A stretch of 64,000 nt of DNA, taken from positions 5,456,001-5,520,000 of the forward strand of contig CM022667.1 in assembly GCA_012295275.1 (NCBI GenBank), in the 5' to 3' direction. A program made the position numbers and the translations under genes. Below, in pieces: positions 1 through 13,877 of this stretch. Numbering within the stretch: position 1 is the first letter of the stretch; the number at the start of each line of letters is the position of its first letter. The stretch comes from Chrysomallon squamiferum (lineage: Eukaryota; Animalia; Mollusca). Under the pieces are notes generated by a model that ran no database searches, was not told where the DNA came from, and was given only the letters and a program-made list of their open reading frames with translations.

Positions 1-210
1 TAAAATATAATGATACCTGGTGAAGCCTAGTATGACTACAACATTGGATTAATACGACTACTACTACTAACAACAACAATAGCAACAACAACATAATAAT
101 AAAGATGTATATAACAATACGAGCGGATTACACTTGCCTCTGTTAAGTTTCATTTTGAGGAAATAAAGTATGAGTAAAGTACTAAGAAGAATGAGTATTG
201 TGAAACTTAC

Positions 211-237
211 CGTGAGTATCACTGTCGTCTGAAATTT
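211..237 (-). CDS. Gene M1 27-nt micro-exon, type A (acidic linker, xISDDSDTH)
   Basis: Minus strand reads ttcttcatcAG|AAATTTCAGACGACAGTGATACTCACG|GTAAGT: exactly 27 nt, phase 1-1, homologous to 1106-1132, 5824-5850 and 22209-22235. Confidence 0.75.
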
Positions 238-768
238 CTGATGAAGAATAAACTGATAAATGAATAAACAAATAAATAAAAGATAACAAACAAATACAAT
301 TGTAGAAAATTAACAATAATATTAAAGAAAATAAGTAAAGTTAAACAAATAACTATTTAATATTAGTATTTTTTGTAATTAATTTTCATTTCTTTTGTTC
401 TATATAATTTGTTTCCTTATTTGTATTCTATTTATTTACTTTTGCATTATTATTATTATTATTATTTGTATTTAGCTTAAAGGAATTGAAATCTAATAAT
501 AACTAACAGTCGGTGATATTTTGTAATAATTTACAGTAAAATTAGTATCGATGAAAAGGAAGGAAAAGAAAATGCTGGGAAGAGTCATGTTAATATAATT
601 AAAGTAGATTGATTGATTTTTTTATGTTTTCATATAATTTATACGTATTTGGAAGGTAATACAAAAGGATATCAAAAGGATGCAAACGGCAACCCTTTAG
701 CTAGCGGCACTCATGAAAATACACTTTACATAAAATGTACTAATAATAATGAATACGATGAAACTTAC

Positions 769-795
769 CACCAGCTACCTTTTCGACAGGAGATA
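769..795 (-). pseudogene. Decayed type-B micro-exon (acceptor AG mutated to AC)
   Basis: Homologous to 6382-6408 with an intact GTAAGT donor, but the acceptor reads atcAC. Confidence 0.6.
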
Positions 796-899
796 GTGAT
801 AAAGAAATGAAAGGGGATAAACGAATGAATGAATGAATAATTAAATAAATAAATGCTTTATTAAATAAATTAATATTAAACATAAAATAATAACACTAT

Positions 900-952
<53 letters not shown>

Positions 953-1105
953 ATAATAATAATAATAATAATAAAGATCTGTATAATAATATAACAGATT
1001 AAACTGGTAATAGCAGTATTTTATCTACCTGCCTTAGTTAAGTTCCATTTATAGGAAATGTAAAATGACTAAAGCAATAACAAGACTGAGTATAATTAGA
1101 CATAC

Positions 1106-1132
1106 TACCAATATCACTGTCGTCTGAAATCT
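1106..1132 (-). CDS. Gene M1 27-nt micro-exon, type A (xISDDSDIG)
   Basis: ttcgtcAG acceptor, GTATGT donor, 27 nt, phase 1-1. Confidence 0.72.
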
Positions 1133-1869
1133 CTGACGAAGAATAAACAGTTACATGAATGAATAAACGAATAAACCATAGAAACAAATACAAATTTGAA
1201 AATGAACAGTAATATTAAATTAATAAGTAAAGTTTAATAAATAAATAATTAATATTCGTATTTACATCATCATTAATTAACTACTCCACAATCCTCAATA
1301 TGATCCATTGTTTAATTTAAAATGTTAAATGAGTAGTAGATTATGTGTTTTAACTGTGCCTGTAACATCTGGAGATGTACAAGTAGACCAGTACATTGTA
1401 CTGACTCTTCTGTCTCTGATAAAGTATCTGATGTTGTAAGTATTTTATAGTGTTAGTTCTGAAAATAATAAGAACTTTATTTTTTTTAAACATGATGCTT
1501 GCGCTGTCTCTGTTACGTTTACCGTTACCATCAACTCCAGCCAACCTAAGCTATTTGTACTAGAACTCAGCGATGGTACAAGAAAGTGTTATTCCCTGTC
1601 CTCCTGACGAGTTTACCGCACTTGCATGTAAAAGGGAATCACAAGGACAAACAGCCCTTAGTGCACTGGGGCACACTAAGGAAAGATACAGGGATGCTGA
1701 TTCTAATTGTGGAATGAGGCTACGAAAAGATGTTTAAAAATGACACTCTGTTTTTTTCTCGCATTTCTCGACAAAACAATATCGACTTACAATGGTAGTA
1801 ACTAAACGTTATTTTTACCGAGCAGGATTTTATTTATGTATTTATTTATCTCTTTATTATGTTTATTAC

Positions 1870-1949
<80 letters not shown>

Positions 1950-2293
1950 TTTTCATAAAGATATTTTACGGAAATTAATAGAATTTCTTGACAATGTTGT
2001 CACCATCGCATTTGCCTACTCTGATCCTATCAAGGAAAATGTAATAAAGAAAAACAAATAATTTTACTAAAATAATTATGCTCAACAAACTATAAAAATA
2101 TATACATGTCACATCATAGGCTTTACCATTTTTTATTTTGGAATTTGACTCAAAATGATTATTCCCTCTGAACTATAATAATATATATACATTGTTTGTT
2201 TTAGGCACGTATAGAACCTGAGACTTGTATGCTTTGTCATACATAACAAATGTAACATGTTTCAGTCAGGAAAATGAAATACTTGGAACTTAC

Positions 2294-2635
2294 TGTCAAA
2301 TGCCACCTTGATTTTGTTGCTTTCAGTTTGATCTTTCAACACTGCACACCACCAAACTGTGAGATCTTTGCTTTTAACCTCAGTCATCTTCAAAGTGTAA
2401 GTCTTAGTCTTTGACGCTGTGTTGTCTGTTCCACTTCCACAGGCAGCAATGTAACCAGTTGGTGGTAAATTAAACAGAGAGCAGTTTGCGTTTGACTGGA
2501 GCATTGAAGTAATAGTCCCTGCTGTTGTGCTTCTTTTAAACAATACAAGATCGTGAAGTCCAGCAGCATTACCTACTGTACAAGTCAGAGTGAACGATCG
2601 GCGATTTGCAGAGCCAGTGATAGCCAGTAAATAAC
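2294..2635 (-). CDS. Gene M1 Ig V-like domain exon (divergent copy downstream of the array)
   Basis: gctAG|GT...GAC A|GTAAGT; 342 nt, phase 1-1; FTLTC...YTLKM...DLTVWWC with 4 Cys. Confidence 0.9.
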
Positions 2636-2966
2636 CTAGCAAGCAAAATAAAGTGAAACTAAGAAGACAAACGTGACAAAAACAAAACCACTGGCTGCAA
2701 TGATTATAATCAAACATTCTTACAACAATTAAACAACCATCTAGCTATAATGATTATAATGAAAAAGATAACCAAATCAGCAATATAGCCAGAAAAAAAA
2801 AAAAAAAAAAAAGCATAGAACGATTTAAATTTCTTATAACAGTAATTTATACATATTTTGTGTTAGTATTACTTTTATTGGTTATTTGTTTACTTTGTTG
2901 AATTGTAATAATAACAAAACAGTATCAAAGCTGTTGTGTTAACGATCATATTTTTTGTTTTTATTT

Positions 2967-3005
<39 letters not shown>

Positions 3006-3360
3006 TTAAATAAAAATAATAATAATAATATTTAAATAATTATAAATTAAGAAAAGAAATGCGAAATGAATTTCATCTTTTACACTTCTGATTACGTAGA
3101 TGGTGCGTGAAACTTCAGTAATCGGAAATCATACCGGTTTGATTTGAAAGCTCTGACATACATGCATACCTATATCTTTATCTATCTATCTATCTATCTA
3201 TCTGTCTGTCTATCTTCCTATCTGTATGTATACATATTTAAAGACAGATATATATGTATGTGTATATGTGTGTGTGTGTTTGTAGATGGATATACATATA
3301 GACAGATAGATAAAGAGAGACAGCTATATACATATACGCACTAAAAAATAAAAAAAAAAA

Positions 3361-3430
<70 letters not shown>

Positions 3431-4049
3431 TGCATATCACAGGCGAAATATCCATGCAGTGATCTCATTCGTAGACAGTTGCATAATTTCGTTTTTGTTG
3501 ATGGTATATCCAATAAAATGTCCTACGATTATATGACAATGTCCTTACAACGGACTGAAGTCAGCGGATGCAATCAGCTTCCCAAGAGTGTGGGGAAATG
3601 TAATGGTTGCTCATTCTTTCTGCTGTCATGTGACAATATACATAAAAATATATACTCTAAATGTTATGTATGTATGTATGCAAGTATGTATGTATGTATG
3701 TATGTATGCAAGTATGTATTTATGTATGTATGTATGTATGCATGCAAGAACGGGCTTCGTAAGTCAATCAATCAGTAAATAAATAAATAAATAAATAAAT
3801 AAATACGAAAGTAGATTAAGAAACATGTTCAAGTCAGCTTCTCTTCCATATACATTGGCATTTCCGAACTTGTAACGTTTGTATGTACTATCACATGATA
3901 AATCATTATGCATCCATAATGAAAGTGCAATAATTTAAGTAAGAGCTAAATTTGAGAACATACAAGACTGTGGGAAATGATACATTAACAATGCCAATCC
4001 CTGGTTGAAAAATATCTGTATGAAATCATTTTTAAACTCTAAACTTAAA

Positions 4050-4108
4050 ACAACAATAATAATAATAACAACAACAACACATAAATGATGATGATGATGA
4101 TGATGATG

Positions 4109-4156
<48 letters not shown>

Positions 4157-4600
4157 GCCTTAACAATGAAAACAACAACATATAGTCAATGAAAAGTAAT
4201 TTCAGAGTTATCAATAAAGAATTATGAAATAAACAATGTAGAAAGTCTCTACACAATGTCCCTAAATTAAAAAAAAAAAAAAAAACAAAAAAAAAACAAC
4301 ATATATAATTTTTCATTCTGCATCCAGGACCTAAACTGCAACTGTATGAGCTAGTAATAATAGTAGTCGTAGTAGTAGCAGTAGTAGTAGTAGTAGTAGA
4401 AGTAGTATTAGTTATAATAATAATAATAATAATAATAATGGTAATGATAATAATAATAATAATAATAATAACAACAATAATAGTAAAATAATAATAATAA
4501 TAATAATAATATAATAATAACAATAATAAAAGTAAAATAATAATAATAATAATATGAAGAAGAAGAAGAAGAAGAAGAAGAAGAAGAAGAAGAAGAATTC
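4050..4600. repeat. Compound microsatellite block ((AAT)n, (GAT)n, (AGT)n, (AAG)n), representative of dozens in the window
   Basis: Directly visible; the source of the poly-I/L/Y/S ORFs in the track. Confidence 0.95.
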
Positions 4601-5650
4601 CTTCCATATGTTATCAAGTAATTCATGTTGAGGTATGAAACGTCTTTTTTTCAGCTTTCTTGAGACAAACAACAACCCGACAATATGAACATATTTCAGA
4701 TACTCCTTGATATAGGAGGTATGCCAGCAAGGTTTCCTCAGTGGGTGTCAATATGCTAATATCTGTGTCTGAATCTTTACACTGTTTCGAATATAACTCT
4801 CATCAAGGTGAGCAACGTAAACCATTTTCTTCACTAACGGCAAATTCCGTAATTCATACTAACTTTCAAACTGTCTTTGTCAAAGTTACCAACACTTAAT
4901 GTATGATCATTGTTTATAACTGTTATAACTTTTCATTCACGATTATATGTGTTAAAAGGTTAATTAATATGCGGAAAAGAATATTAGAACTGAATGCAAT
5001 TCCTCGGAAGGACTCCTCACTGGATTTTTCCCTAATATATTCTTAGGATACAAATATCATTGATAAATTAATTTCAGAAAACCCTTGCTCTTTTTTTAAT
5101 AAGCTGCACACATGTATCAATATCAATGACTTTTACGAAATGAATTATAACATATTACTTCAAAGAGCCCAAATTCTCTTAATTCTTTAACTTCTTAGAT
5201 GGTATTTTCATAGTCAAATGATTTTATTATTTTTATTATTATTATTATGATTTTTTTTTCATATTTGTTTATTGGAGCCTTTATGTTGATAAATTGGAGA
5301 ATGACCTGTGTTCATTCTTGAGCAGTTTGTATTTCAATCAGAAATAGGTTCATTAATTTATTAATCGAAAACTCCAATAGTATTGACGTAACCTTACAAC
5401 AAATACTCATTATGATTTTGTCCTCTGATAGAAAATTTCAAGAACGGGGTTTAGTGTTTGGGTACTTTCCATGTGATATGTTTCCTAATGACATGTAGTC
5501 GAACAGTGTTTTACCCAAGTTCTGGTTCGCAAATAAATAAATAAATAAACAAATATTTATTAAACCTAAAAAAGAAATACATTTAATAAAAGGATAGCAA
5601 AGGATACTACTACAACTAATACTAGTATTACTGTTACTACTACTACTACT

Positions 5651-5702
<52 letters not shown>

Positions 5703-5823
5703 GATTATATAATAATTAGAACGGTAAACAGCAGTATTTTATCTACTTGGTTTCGTTTAGTTCCAATTATAAGAAATAAAGTATGAATAATGTACTAACA
5801 AGACTGAGCATGATGAAACTTAC

Positions 5824-5850
5824 GATCAGTATCACTGTTTTCGAAAACTT
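5824..5850 (-). CDS. Gene M1 27-nt micro-exon, type A (xVFENSDTD)
   Basis: ttcatcAG acceptor, GTAAGT donor, 27 nt. Confidence 0.75.
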
Positions 5851-6381
5851 CTGATGAAGTATGAACAATTAAATGGATGACGGAATGGATGAAGCACAGG
5901 AAAGTCATCAAATGTTAGAAAATGAACAATAATTTTAAAGAAAATAATTAAAGTTAAGCAAATAAATAATTACTATTCTTACTTTTGAACCTGCTTTTTA
6001 TTTGTTCTTTCTCTGTATATTTTCTTTTCTTATTGCTCTTAATTTTATTTTATTTTTTAATTTTACAGTTTTGTTTCATATTATGTATTATTATTAGTTT
6101 TAGTTTTATTAAAGAAATTAAAATGTAATAAAACTAACACTCGTTTGTACTTTTGAATAATTTACAATATCGATAAACAGAAGAAAAAAAAATGCTGGAA
6201 AGTGACATGTTTAAATAAATAAAGCAGATTGAGTTTATGTATTTTTCTCAGCTAATGTATACATATTTGGAAAGTTATATAAAAGGATCTAAGCAGAAAA
6301 TGGAAGACTTTAGCTGCTAAGCGCCATGATAATACACTTTACATAAAATGTAGTGATAAAAGACAGTATGGTGAAACTTAC

Positions 6382-6408
6382 CACCAGCAGCATTGTCGAC
6401 AGGAGATA
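6382..6408 (-). CDS. Gene M1 27-nt micro-exon, type B (xSPVDNAAG)
   Basis: tttctttatcAG acceptor, GTAAGT donor, 27 nt. Confidence 0.75.
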
Positions 6409-6763
6409 CTGATAAAGAAATAAAAGGAATATAATAAACAAACAAACAAATAAATAAATAAATAATTAAGAATTAAAGAAAAAACAATAATAATCGCATA
6501 ACCAAAGGATATTTTCTTTAAAATATCACTATTAGAGCAATTACATTCTAATCATAAATGGTGAAATCTAGTATTAGTTCAACATAGAATTAATAATAAT
6601 AATAATAATAACACTGTAAGTCTACTGTTCTGATTTATAACTAGTTCTAAATATTTATATAAAGATTTATATAATAATACAAGCAGATTACATTGGTAAC
6701 AGTAGTATTTCATCTACTTCGTTAAGTTCTGTTTAGATGACATAATAACAGTGAGTATGATAT

Positions 6764-6790
6764 CATGAATATCGGTGTCATCTAACATTT
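6764..6790 (-). pseudogene. Decayed type-A micro-exon
   Basis: 27-nt homolog (xMLDDTDIH) at the expected position in the repeat unit; acceptor reads TG and the donor is lost. Confidence 0.55.
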
Positions 6791-6893
6791 CAGATGAAAA
6801 ATAAACTATTGAATGAATAAAGAAATAAATAAAGGTCAGAAAATAATAAAATATAACGAAATGGACAATAATGCTAAAGAAAGTAAATAAAGT

Positions 6894-6925
<32 letters not shown>

Positions 6926-6926
6926 A

Positions 6927-6962
<36 letters not shown>

Positions 6963-7252
6963 TTTATTTTTATTATTTTTATTTTTTTATTTTGTTTCAG
7001 GAATTAAAATCTGAAAACGGCTAATGGTCGGTTATATTTTTGAAAAATTTAAATATAATTAGTATCAACAAAGAGCAAAAAAGAAAGCCTATTTCGAATA
7101 TATTTTTTAGAAAGTAATACGAAAGCATCCCTACTGTAAATGGTACAACTTTAGCTACTAATAGATACGAAAATACACTTTACGTAAAATGGACTAATAA
7201 TAGTCCACTTTAAGTAAAATGGACTAATAATAGTCCGTATCATGAAACTTAC

Positions 7253-7279
7253 CAGCAGCAACATTTTCGGCGGCCGATA
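7253..7279 (-). CDS. Gene M1 27-nt micro-exon, type B (xSAAENVAA)
   Basis: ctttagcAG acceptor, GTAAGT donor, 27 nt. Confidence 0.75.
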
Positions 7280-7350
7280 CTGCTAAAGAAATGAAAAGAA
7301 TAAGATGAATGAATGAATAAATAAATAAATATAAATAACACACACACACA

Positions 7351-7395
<45 letters not shown>

Positions 7396-7502
7396 CTACA
7401 TATAATAAAAATGAAAGCAAAGGATACTTCCTTAATTATATATTTCTTAGAGTAATCAAAATTTAATCATAGCTGGCGAAAACTAGTATTAGTACAAAAT
7501 TG

Positions 7503-7554
<52 letters not shown>

Positions 7555-7556
7555 CG

Positions 7557-7631
7557 CATTGGCATTATATAATGTACAAGTCAGAGTAAACTACGGATGT
7601 CTTGGAGAGACAGGGAGAACCAGTAAAAAAT
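7557..7631 (-). pseudogene. 5' fragment of an Ig exon with an in-frame stop
   Basis: ttttgctAG|xFLLVLPVSPRHP*FTLTCTLYNA, then runs into an (ATT)n tract; homologous to the N-terminus of the array exons. Confidence 0.75.
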
Positions 7632-8031
7632 CTAGCAAAATAAAATATAATTAAAGCGACAACAATGAAAACAATATATACCAAATCTTTTCTATTAAAT
7701 ATTGAATTTAAATTATGTAATTAAGAGGCGGATCTTTTTATCTGAAAGGAAATCAGAAATAAAAATGATAGATTTAATTAACGAAATTTTGAAAAGTGTT
7801 ATTTTGTATACGTGTATAAGTGTTATATATATATATTGGTGTGTATGAGTGTTCTAACTGTGTATATGTGTGTATGTGTATATATATCATTTTGGAATTT
7901 GACTGAAATGATTATTCCCTCAAAACTATAATAATATAGACATTTTTCGTTTGAAGTATCTATATAATCTGAGACTTATAATTTGCGATAAATAACGAAT
8001 TTAACAGGAAAATAAAATGCTTATAACTTAC

Positions 8032-8373
8032 TATCACTTGTCACTGTGAATTTGTTGCTTTGTGTTCCATCATCCAGCAGTGAACAAAACCAAACAGTGA
8101 GATCTTCGCTTTTAACTTCAGTTATATTCAAAGTGTAAGTCTTAGTCTGTGTCGCTGTGTTTTCTGTTCCATTTCCACAGCTTCCAACATAACCACATGC
8201 AGATAAAGTAAACAAATAGCAGTGCCCAGTAGTCTGGCGTATTGTAACAATAGCCCCTTCTGATATGTTCCTGTTAAACAATACAATATCAGCAAGACCA
8301 ACAGCATTATTTACTGTACAGGTCAGAGTGAACGATGGACGTTTTGGAGATCCAGTCATAACCAGTGAATAAC
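8032..8373 (-). CDS. Gene M1 Ig V-like exon, array copy 7 (has a fifth Cys)
   Basis: ctAG|GT ... GAT A|GTAAGT; 342 nt, open, phase 1-1. Confidence 0.92.
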
Positions 8374-9239
8374 CTAGAAGAACAAAATTAAATGAAATTA
8401 AAAGTAACCACGAAATAAAAAAAAAAATACTTACAACGATTTTAAGAAAATAGATATCTTAGAACTATAATATCTGCGTTTTAATTTCTAGTATTATTAT
8501 TATTATTACTATTATTTCTAATAAAAACATTTGTTGCATACACTTATACCATATCGAGGTAAAGGCACTGTTTACTTTAAAGTGAACACAGGTGTCGCTG
8601 TGTGAAATAAACTACAACAGTAAGGCAAGTTGTTCATTTCTTTTCTTAACAAAGCTAGCAACTAAAGAGCTTTTAACCGAGCTGCATATCTTTTTGTGAT
8701 AAAGACATTCTATTAAAATTAACTGAATATCATGACCATGTTATTCTTTACATTTGCCTACTCTCATCAGTATATTGTATTTATGGAAAATGTAATAAGC
8801 AAATTCAAATATTTTTAAAACTCTGTTATTTTTGGTTCTGGCATATTTAAGGTTTTTACACTCCTAGAATGATTGTAAAGTGATGTCTGTTAGAATCGAT
8901 GGATCATCTTTCCTGTAGATTATACGAAAGCAGAAGCACGACCAATTCAAGTAGTCCTGACATATGAATCATTTTTCAGGATGTGACACAAACACATGCT
9001 TTCATGCAAAACAGAAATTAGAGAGCAGTGGTGTGCTGCCATTAACTGAAGTTCTGTGTTTTGTCATCAGTTTACAGTTTTTCATTTCTGAATTTGACTG
9101 AAATGATTATTCCCTCTAGACTATATTAAAATATACATTTTTCGTTTTATTTACCTATGCCATCTCAGAACTATATCATCTGTGATAAATAACGAAGTTA
9201 ACAGCGTTCAGTCAGTACAATAACATATTTAGAACTTAC

Positions 9240-9581
9240 TATCAAATGTCACTGTGAATGTGTTGCTTTGTTTTCCATTAGCCTGAAGTGAACACCACCA
9301 AGATGTGAGATCTTTGTTTTTAACTTCAGTTATCTCCAAAGTGTAAGTTTTAGTCCATGTCGCTCTGTTTTCTGTTCCACTTCCACAGCTTCCAACATAA
9401 CCAGATGGTGATGAAGTAAACAAATAGCAGTGCGCAGTAGACTGGCGTATTGTAACAATAGCCCCTACTGATGTGTTCCTGTTAAACAATACAATATCAC
9501 CAAGACCAGCAGCATTATTTATTGTACAAGTCAGAGTGAACGATGGACGTTTTGGAGATCCAGTCATAACCATTGAATATC
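9240..9581 (-). CDS. Gene M1 Ig V-like exon, array copy 6
   Basis: Canonical AG/GTAAGT, 342 nt, open, phase 1-1. Confidence 0.92.
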
Positions 9582-9948
9582 CTAGCAGATGAAATTAAAT
9601 GAAATTAAAAGTAACCACGAAAAACAAATCATAAATGTTTTTCAAAAATTAATTAATATACAATAAAAAACAAAAAAAACAACAATCGTTAGAATGATTT
9701 TAAGAAAATAATTTTCTTAGAAAAATAATTTCTGCGTATTAATTTCTAGTATTATTATTATTATTACTGTTATTTCTAATCAGAACATTTGTTCCAAACA
9801 CCAATACCAAATCGACACAAAGGCACTGTTTACTTTAATGTGAACACAGGTTTCGCTTTGTGAACTAAACTACAACAGTAAGCAAAGCTGTTTCTTGCTT
9901 TTCTTAACAAAGCTAGCAACTAAATAGTCTTTAATCGAGCTGCATATT

Positions 9949-9980
<32 letters not shown>

Positions 9981-10509
9981 GACATTCTATTAAAATTAAA
10001 TGAATATCAAGACAATGTTCTTCTTTGTATTTGTCTACTCTGATCACTATATGTCCATTGTTTTCGTGGAAAATGTAATAAGGAAAATCAAATATTTTTA
10101 AAACTCTGCTGTTTTTTTGTTCTGGCATATTTAAGGTCTTTACACCTATAAAATGATTCTAAAGTGATATCTGTTAGAATCGATGGGTCATCTTTCATTT
10201 AGATTAGTTGAACGCAGAAGCACGGCCAATTCAAGTAGTACTCACATATGAATAATTTTTCACGATGTGACACAAATACATGCTTTCATGCAAAACAGAA
10301 ATTTGAGAGCAAGTGTGTGCTGCCATTAACTGAAGTTCTGTGTTTTGTCATCGGTTTACAGTTTTTCATTTCGGAATTTGACTGAAATGATTAATCCGTC
10401 TAGACTATTTTTCTTTGTATTTACCTATACAATCTCAGACATATATTATTAGTGATAAATAACGATTCTAACAGGGTTCATTCAGGACAATAAAATGTTT
10501 AGAACTTAC

Positions 10510-10851
10510 TCTCAAATGTCACTGTGAATTTGTTGCTTTGTGTTCCATCAGCCTCCAGTGAACACCACCAAACAGTGAGATCTTCGTTTTTAACTGCAGT
10601 TATCTTCAAAGTGTAAGTCTTAGTCTGTGCCCCTGTGTTTTCCGTTCCATTTCCACAGCTTCCAACATAACCAGATGGTGATAAAGTAAACACATAGCAG
10701 TACCCAGAAGACTGGCGTATTGTAACAATAGCCCCTACGCCTGTTTTTCTGTTAAACAATACAATATCACCAAGACCAGTAGCATTATTTACTGTACAAG
10801 TCAGAGTGAACGATGGACGTTTTGGAGATCCTGTCATAACCAGTGAATAAC
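10510..10851 (-). CDS. Gene M1 Ig V-like exon, array copy 5
   Basis: Canonical AG/GTAAGT, 342 nt, open, phase 1-1. Confidence 0.92.
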
Positions 10852-11769
10852 CTAGCAGACAAAATTAAATGAAATTAAAAGAGACCAGGAAGAAAAAATA
10901 AAATAAAATAAAAAAAACCAACAAAAAAAACCAACATTAGTTACAATGATTCTGAGAAAATAGATTTCTTTCAACAACAATTTCCGCTTTTTAATTTCTA
11001 TTATTATTATTATTATTATTACTGTTACTGTTACTGTTATTTCTAATCAGAACATTTGTTGCATTACAGTGACACCATATCGAGATAAAGGCACCGTTTA
11101 CTTTTATGTGAACACAGGTGTCTCTATGTGAACTAAACTACAACAGTAGGGCAAGTTGTTTATTTCTTTTCTTAACAAAGGTAGCAACTAAATAGCTTTT
11201 AACCGAGCTGCATATCTTTTTGTGATAAAGACATTCTATTAAAATTAAGTGAATATCATGCGATGTTATTCTTTGCATTTGACTACTCTGATCAGTATAT
11301 GTCCATTGTATTTATGGAAAATGTAATAAGGAAAATCAAATAATATTAAAACTCTGCTGTTTTTAGTTCTGGCATATTTAAGGTCTTTACACCCCTAAAA
11401 TGATTCTAAACTGACATCTGTTAGAATCGATGGATCATCTTTCCTTTGGATTAGTTGAAAGCAGAAACACGGTCCACTGAAGTAACACTCACATATGACT
11501 CATTTTTCATGATGTAACACAAATACATGCTTTCAAGCAAAACAGAAACTAGAGAGCAAGTGTGTGCTGCCATTAACTGAAGTTCTGTGCTTTATCATCG
11601 GTTTACAGTTTTTCATTCTGAATTTGACTAAAATCATTATTCCCTCTAGACTATTATAAAATATACATTTTTCGTTTTATTTACCTATACAATCTCAGAC
11701 CTATATGATTTGTGATAAATAACGAAGTTAACAGGGTTCAGTCAGGTCAATAAAATGTTTAGAACTTAC

Positions 11770-12111
11770 TATAAAATTTCAATTTGAATTTGTTGCTTTG
11801 TGTTCCATCAGCCTCCAGTGAACACCACCAAACAGTGATATCTTCGTTTTTAACTTCAGTTATCTTCACAGTGTAAGTCTTAGTCTTTGTGGTTCTGTTT
11901 TCTGTTCCACTTCCACAGCTTGCAACATAACGAGATGATAATGAAGTAAAGAAATAGCAGTGCCCAGTAGTCTGGCGTATTGTAACAATAGCCCCTCCTG
12001 ATGTGTCCCTGTTGAATAATACATCATCATCAAGTCCAGCAGAATTATTTACTGTACAAGTCAGAGTGAACGATGGACGTTTTCGAAATCCAGTCATAAC
12101 CAGTGAATAAC
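11770..12111 (-). CDS. Gene M1 Ig V-like exon, array copy 4
   Basis: Canonical AG/GTAAGT, 342 nt, open, phase 1-1. Confidence 0.92.
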
Positions 12112-12708
12112 CTAGCAGACCAAATTAAATGAAATGAAAATTAACTATTAAGAAAACAAAAGTATTCAAAAAAAATTAAAATAAGATAAAATAAAAAACA
12201 CAAAAAAACAACAATAGTTCCAATGATTGTAAGAAAATAGATGTCTTATATCTGCATTGTATTTACTGAAAATGTTATAAGGAAAATCAGATATTTTTAA
12301 AACTATGCTGTTTTTGGTTCTGGCATATTTAAGGTTTTTACACCTCTAAAAGTATTCTAAAGTGATATCTGTTAGAATCGATGGGTCATCTTTCATTTAG
12401 ATTAGTTGAACGCAGAAGCACGGCCAATTCAAGTAGTACTCACATATGACTCATTTTTCATGATGAAACAAAAATACATGCTTTCATGCAAAACAGAAAC
12501 TAGGGAGCAAGTGTGTGCTGCCATTAACTGAAGTTCTGTGTTTTGTCATCGGCTTTACAGTTTTTCATTTCGGAATTTTACCGAAATGATTATTCACTCT
12601 AGCCTATTTTTCGTTTTATTTACCTGTGCAATCTCAGACCTATATCATCTGTGATAAATAACGATTTTAACAGGATTCATTCAGGACAATAAAATATTTA
12701 GAACTTAC

Positions 12709-13050
12709 TTTCAAATGTCACTGTGAATTTGTTGCTTTGTGTTCCATCAGCCTCCAGTGAACACCACCAAACAGCGAGATCTTCGTTTTTAACTGCAGTT
12801 ATCTTCAAAGTGTAAGTCTTAGTCTTTGTCGCTGTGTTTTCTGTTCCATATCCACAGCTTGCAACATAACGAGATGATAATGAAGTAAACACATAGCAGT
12901 GCCAAGAAGACTGGCGTATTGTAACAATAGCTCCTTCTGATGTGTTCCTGTTGAATAATACAACATCACCAAGACCAGTAGCATTATTTACTGTACAGGT
13001 CAGAGTGAACGATGGATGTTTTGGAGATCCTCTCATAACCAGTGAATAAT
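12709..13050 (-). CDS. Gene M1 Ig V-like exon, array copy 3
   Basis: Canonical AG/GTAAGT, 342 nt, open, phase 1-1. Confidence 0.92.
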
Positions 13051-13222
13051 CTAGCAAACAAAATTAAATGAAATTAAAAGTAACCATGAAGAAAAATATA
13101 AAATTAAATAAAAAATTAAATAAAATAAAGTAAAAAACAATAAAGAAAACATTAGTTACAATCATTGTAAGAAAATAGAATTCTTAGAACAATAATTTCT
13201 GCGTTTTAATTTCTAGCATTAA

Positions 13223-13258
<36 letters not shown>

Positions 13259-13673
13259 TGTTATTTCTAATAAGGACATTTGTTGCACACAGTGATACCA
13301 TATCGAGAAAAAGGCACATGTTTTAGAATAGATGGACCATCTTTCATTTAGATTAGTTGAAAGCAGAAACACGGCCCACTAAAGTAGCACTCACATATGA
13401 CTCATTTTTCACGATGTGATACAAATACATGCTTTCATGCAAAACAGAAATTATAGAGCAAGTGTGTGCTGCCATTAACTTAAGTTCTGTGTTTTGTCAT
13501 TGGCTTTACACTTTTTAAATTTAGAATTTGACTGAAATGATTATTCCCTGTAGGCTATAACAATATGTACATTTTTCGTTTTATTTACCTATACAATCTC
13601 AGACCTATATCATTTGTGATAAATAACGAATTTGATAGGGTTCAGTCAGGACAATAAAATGTTTAGAACTGAC

Positions 13674-13739
13674 TATCAAATTTCAATTTGAATTTGTTGC
13701 TTTGTGTTCCATCAGCCTCCAGTGAACACCGCCAAACAG
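13674..13739 (-). pseudogene. 3' fragment of an array Ig exon (5' part and acceptor deleted)
   Basis: Encodes VWRCSLEADGTQSNKFKLKFD; donor altered to GTCAGT; joined directly to upstream-intron sequence (aaatagatttcttagaac). Confidence 0.85.
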
Positions 13740-13802
13740 AAAATAGATTTCTTAGAACAATAATTTCTTCGTTTTAATTTCTACTATTGTTACTATTATT
13801 AC

Positions 13803-13877
<75 letters not shown>

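Noticed and set aside
1792-4675. Poly-Y/I/L/S/T ORFs (also 18046-18354, 38898-39654, 58983-59186)
   Set aside because: Translations of (AAT)n, (ATTT)n, (GA)n and (CA)n microsatellites.
4610-4750. Possible LINE 3' remnant (minus-strand LAGIPP...SRKLKKRRF)
   Set aside because: Only two short motifs recalled from memory; too degraded to support without a Dfam/Repbase search.
9250-9256. RSS-like heptamer CACAGTG near the 3' end of several V-like exons (minus strand), suggesting V(D)J-type recombination
   Set aside because: It lies inside coding sequence (F-T-V), is absent from several copies, and no ACAAAAACC-like nonamer lies 12 or 23 nt away; no RAG/Transib gene was seen.
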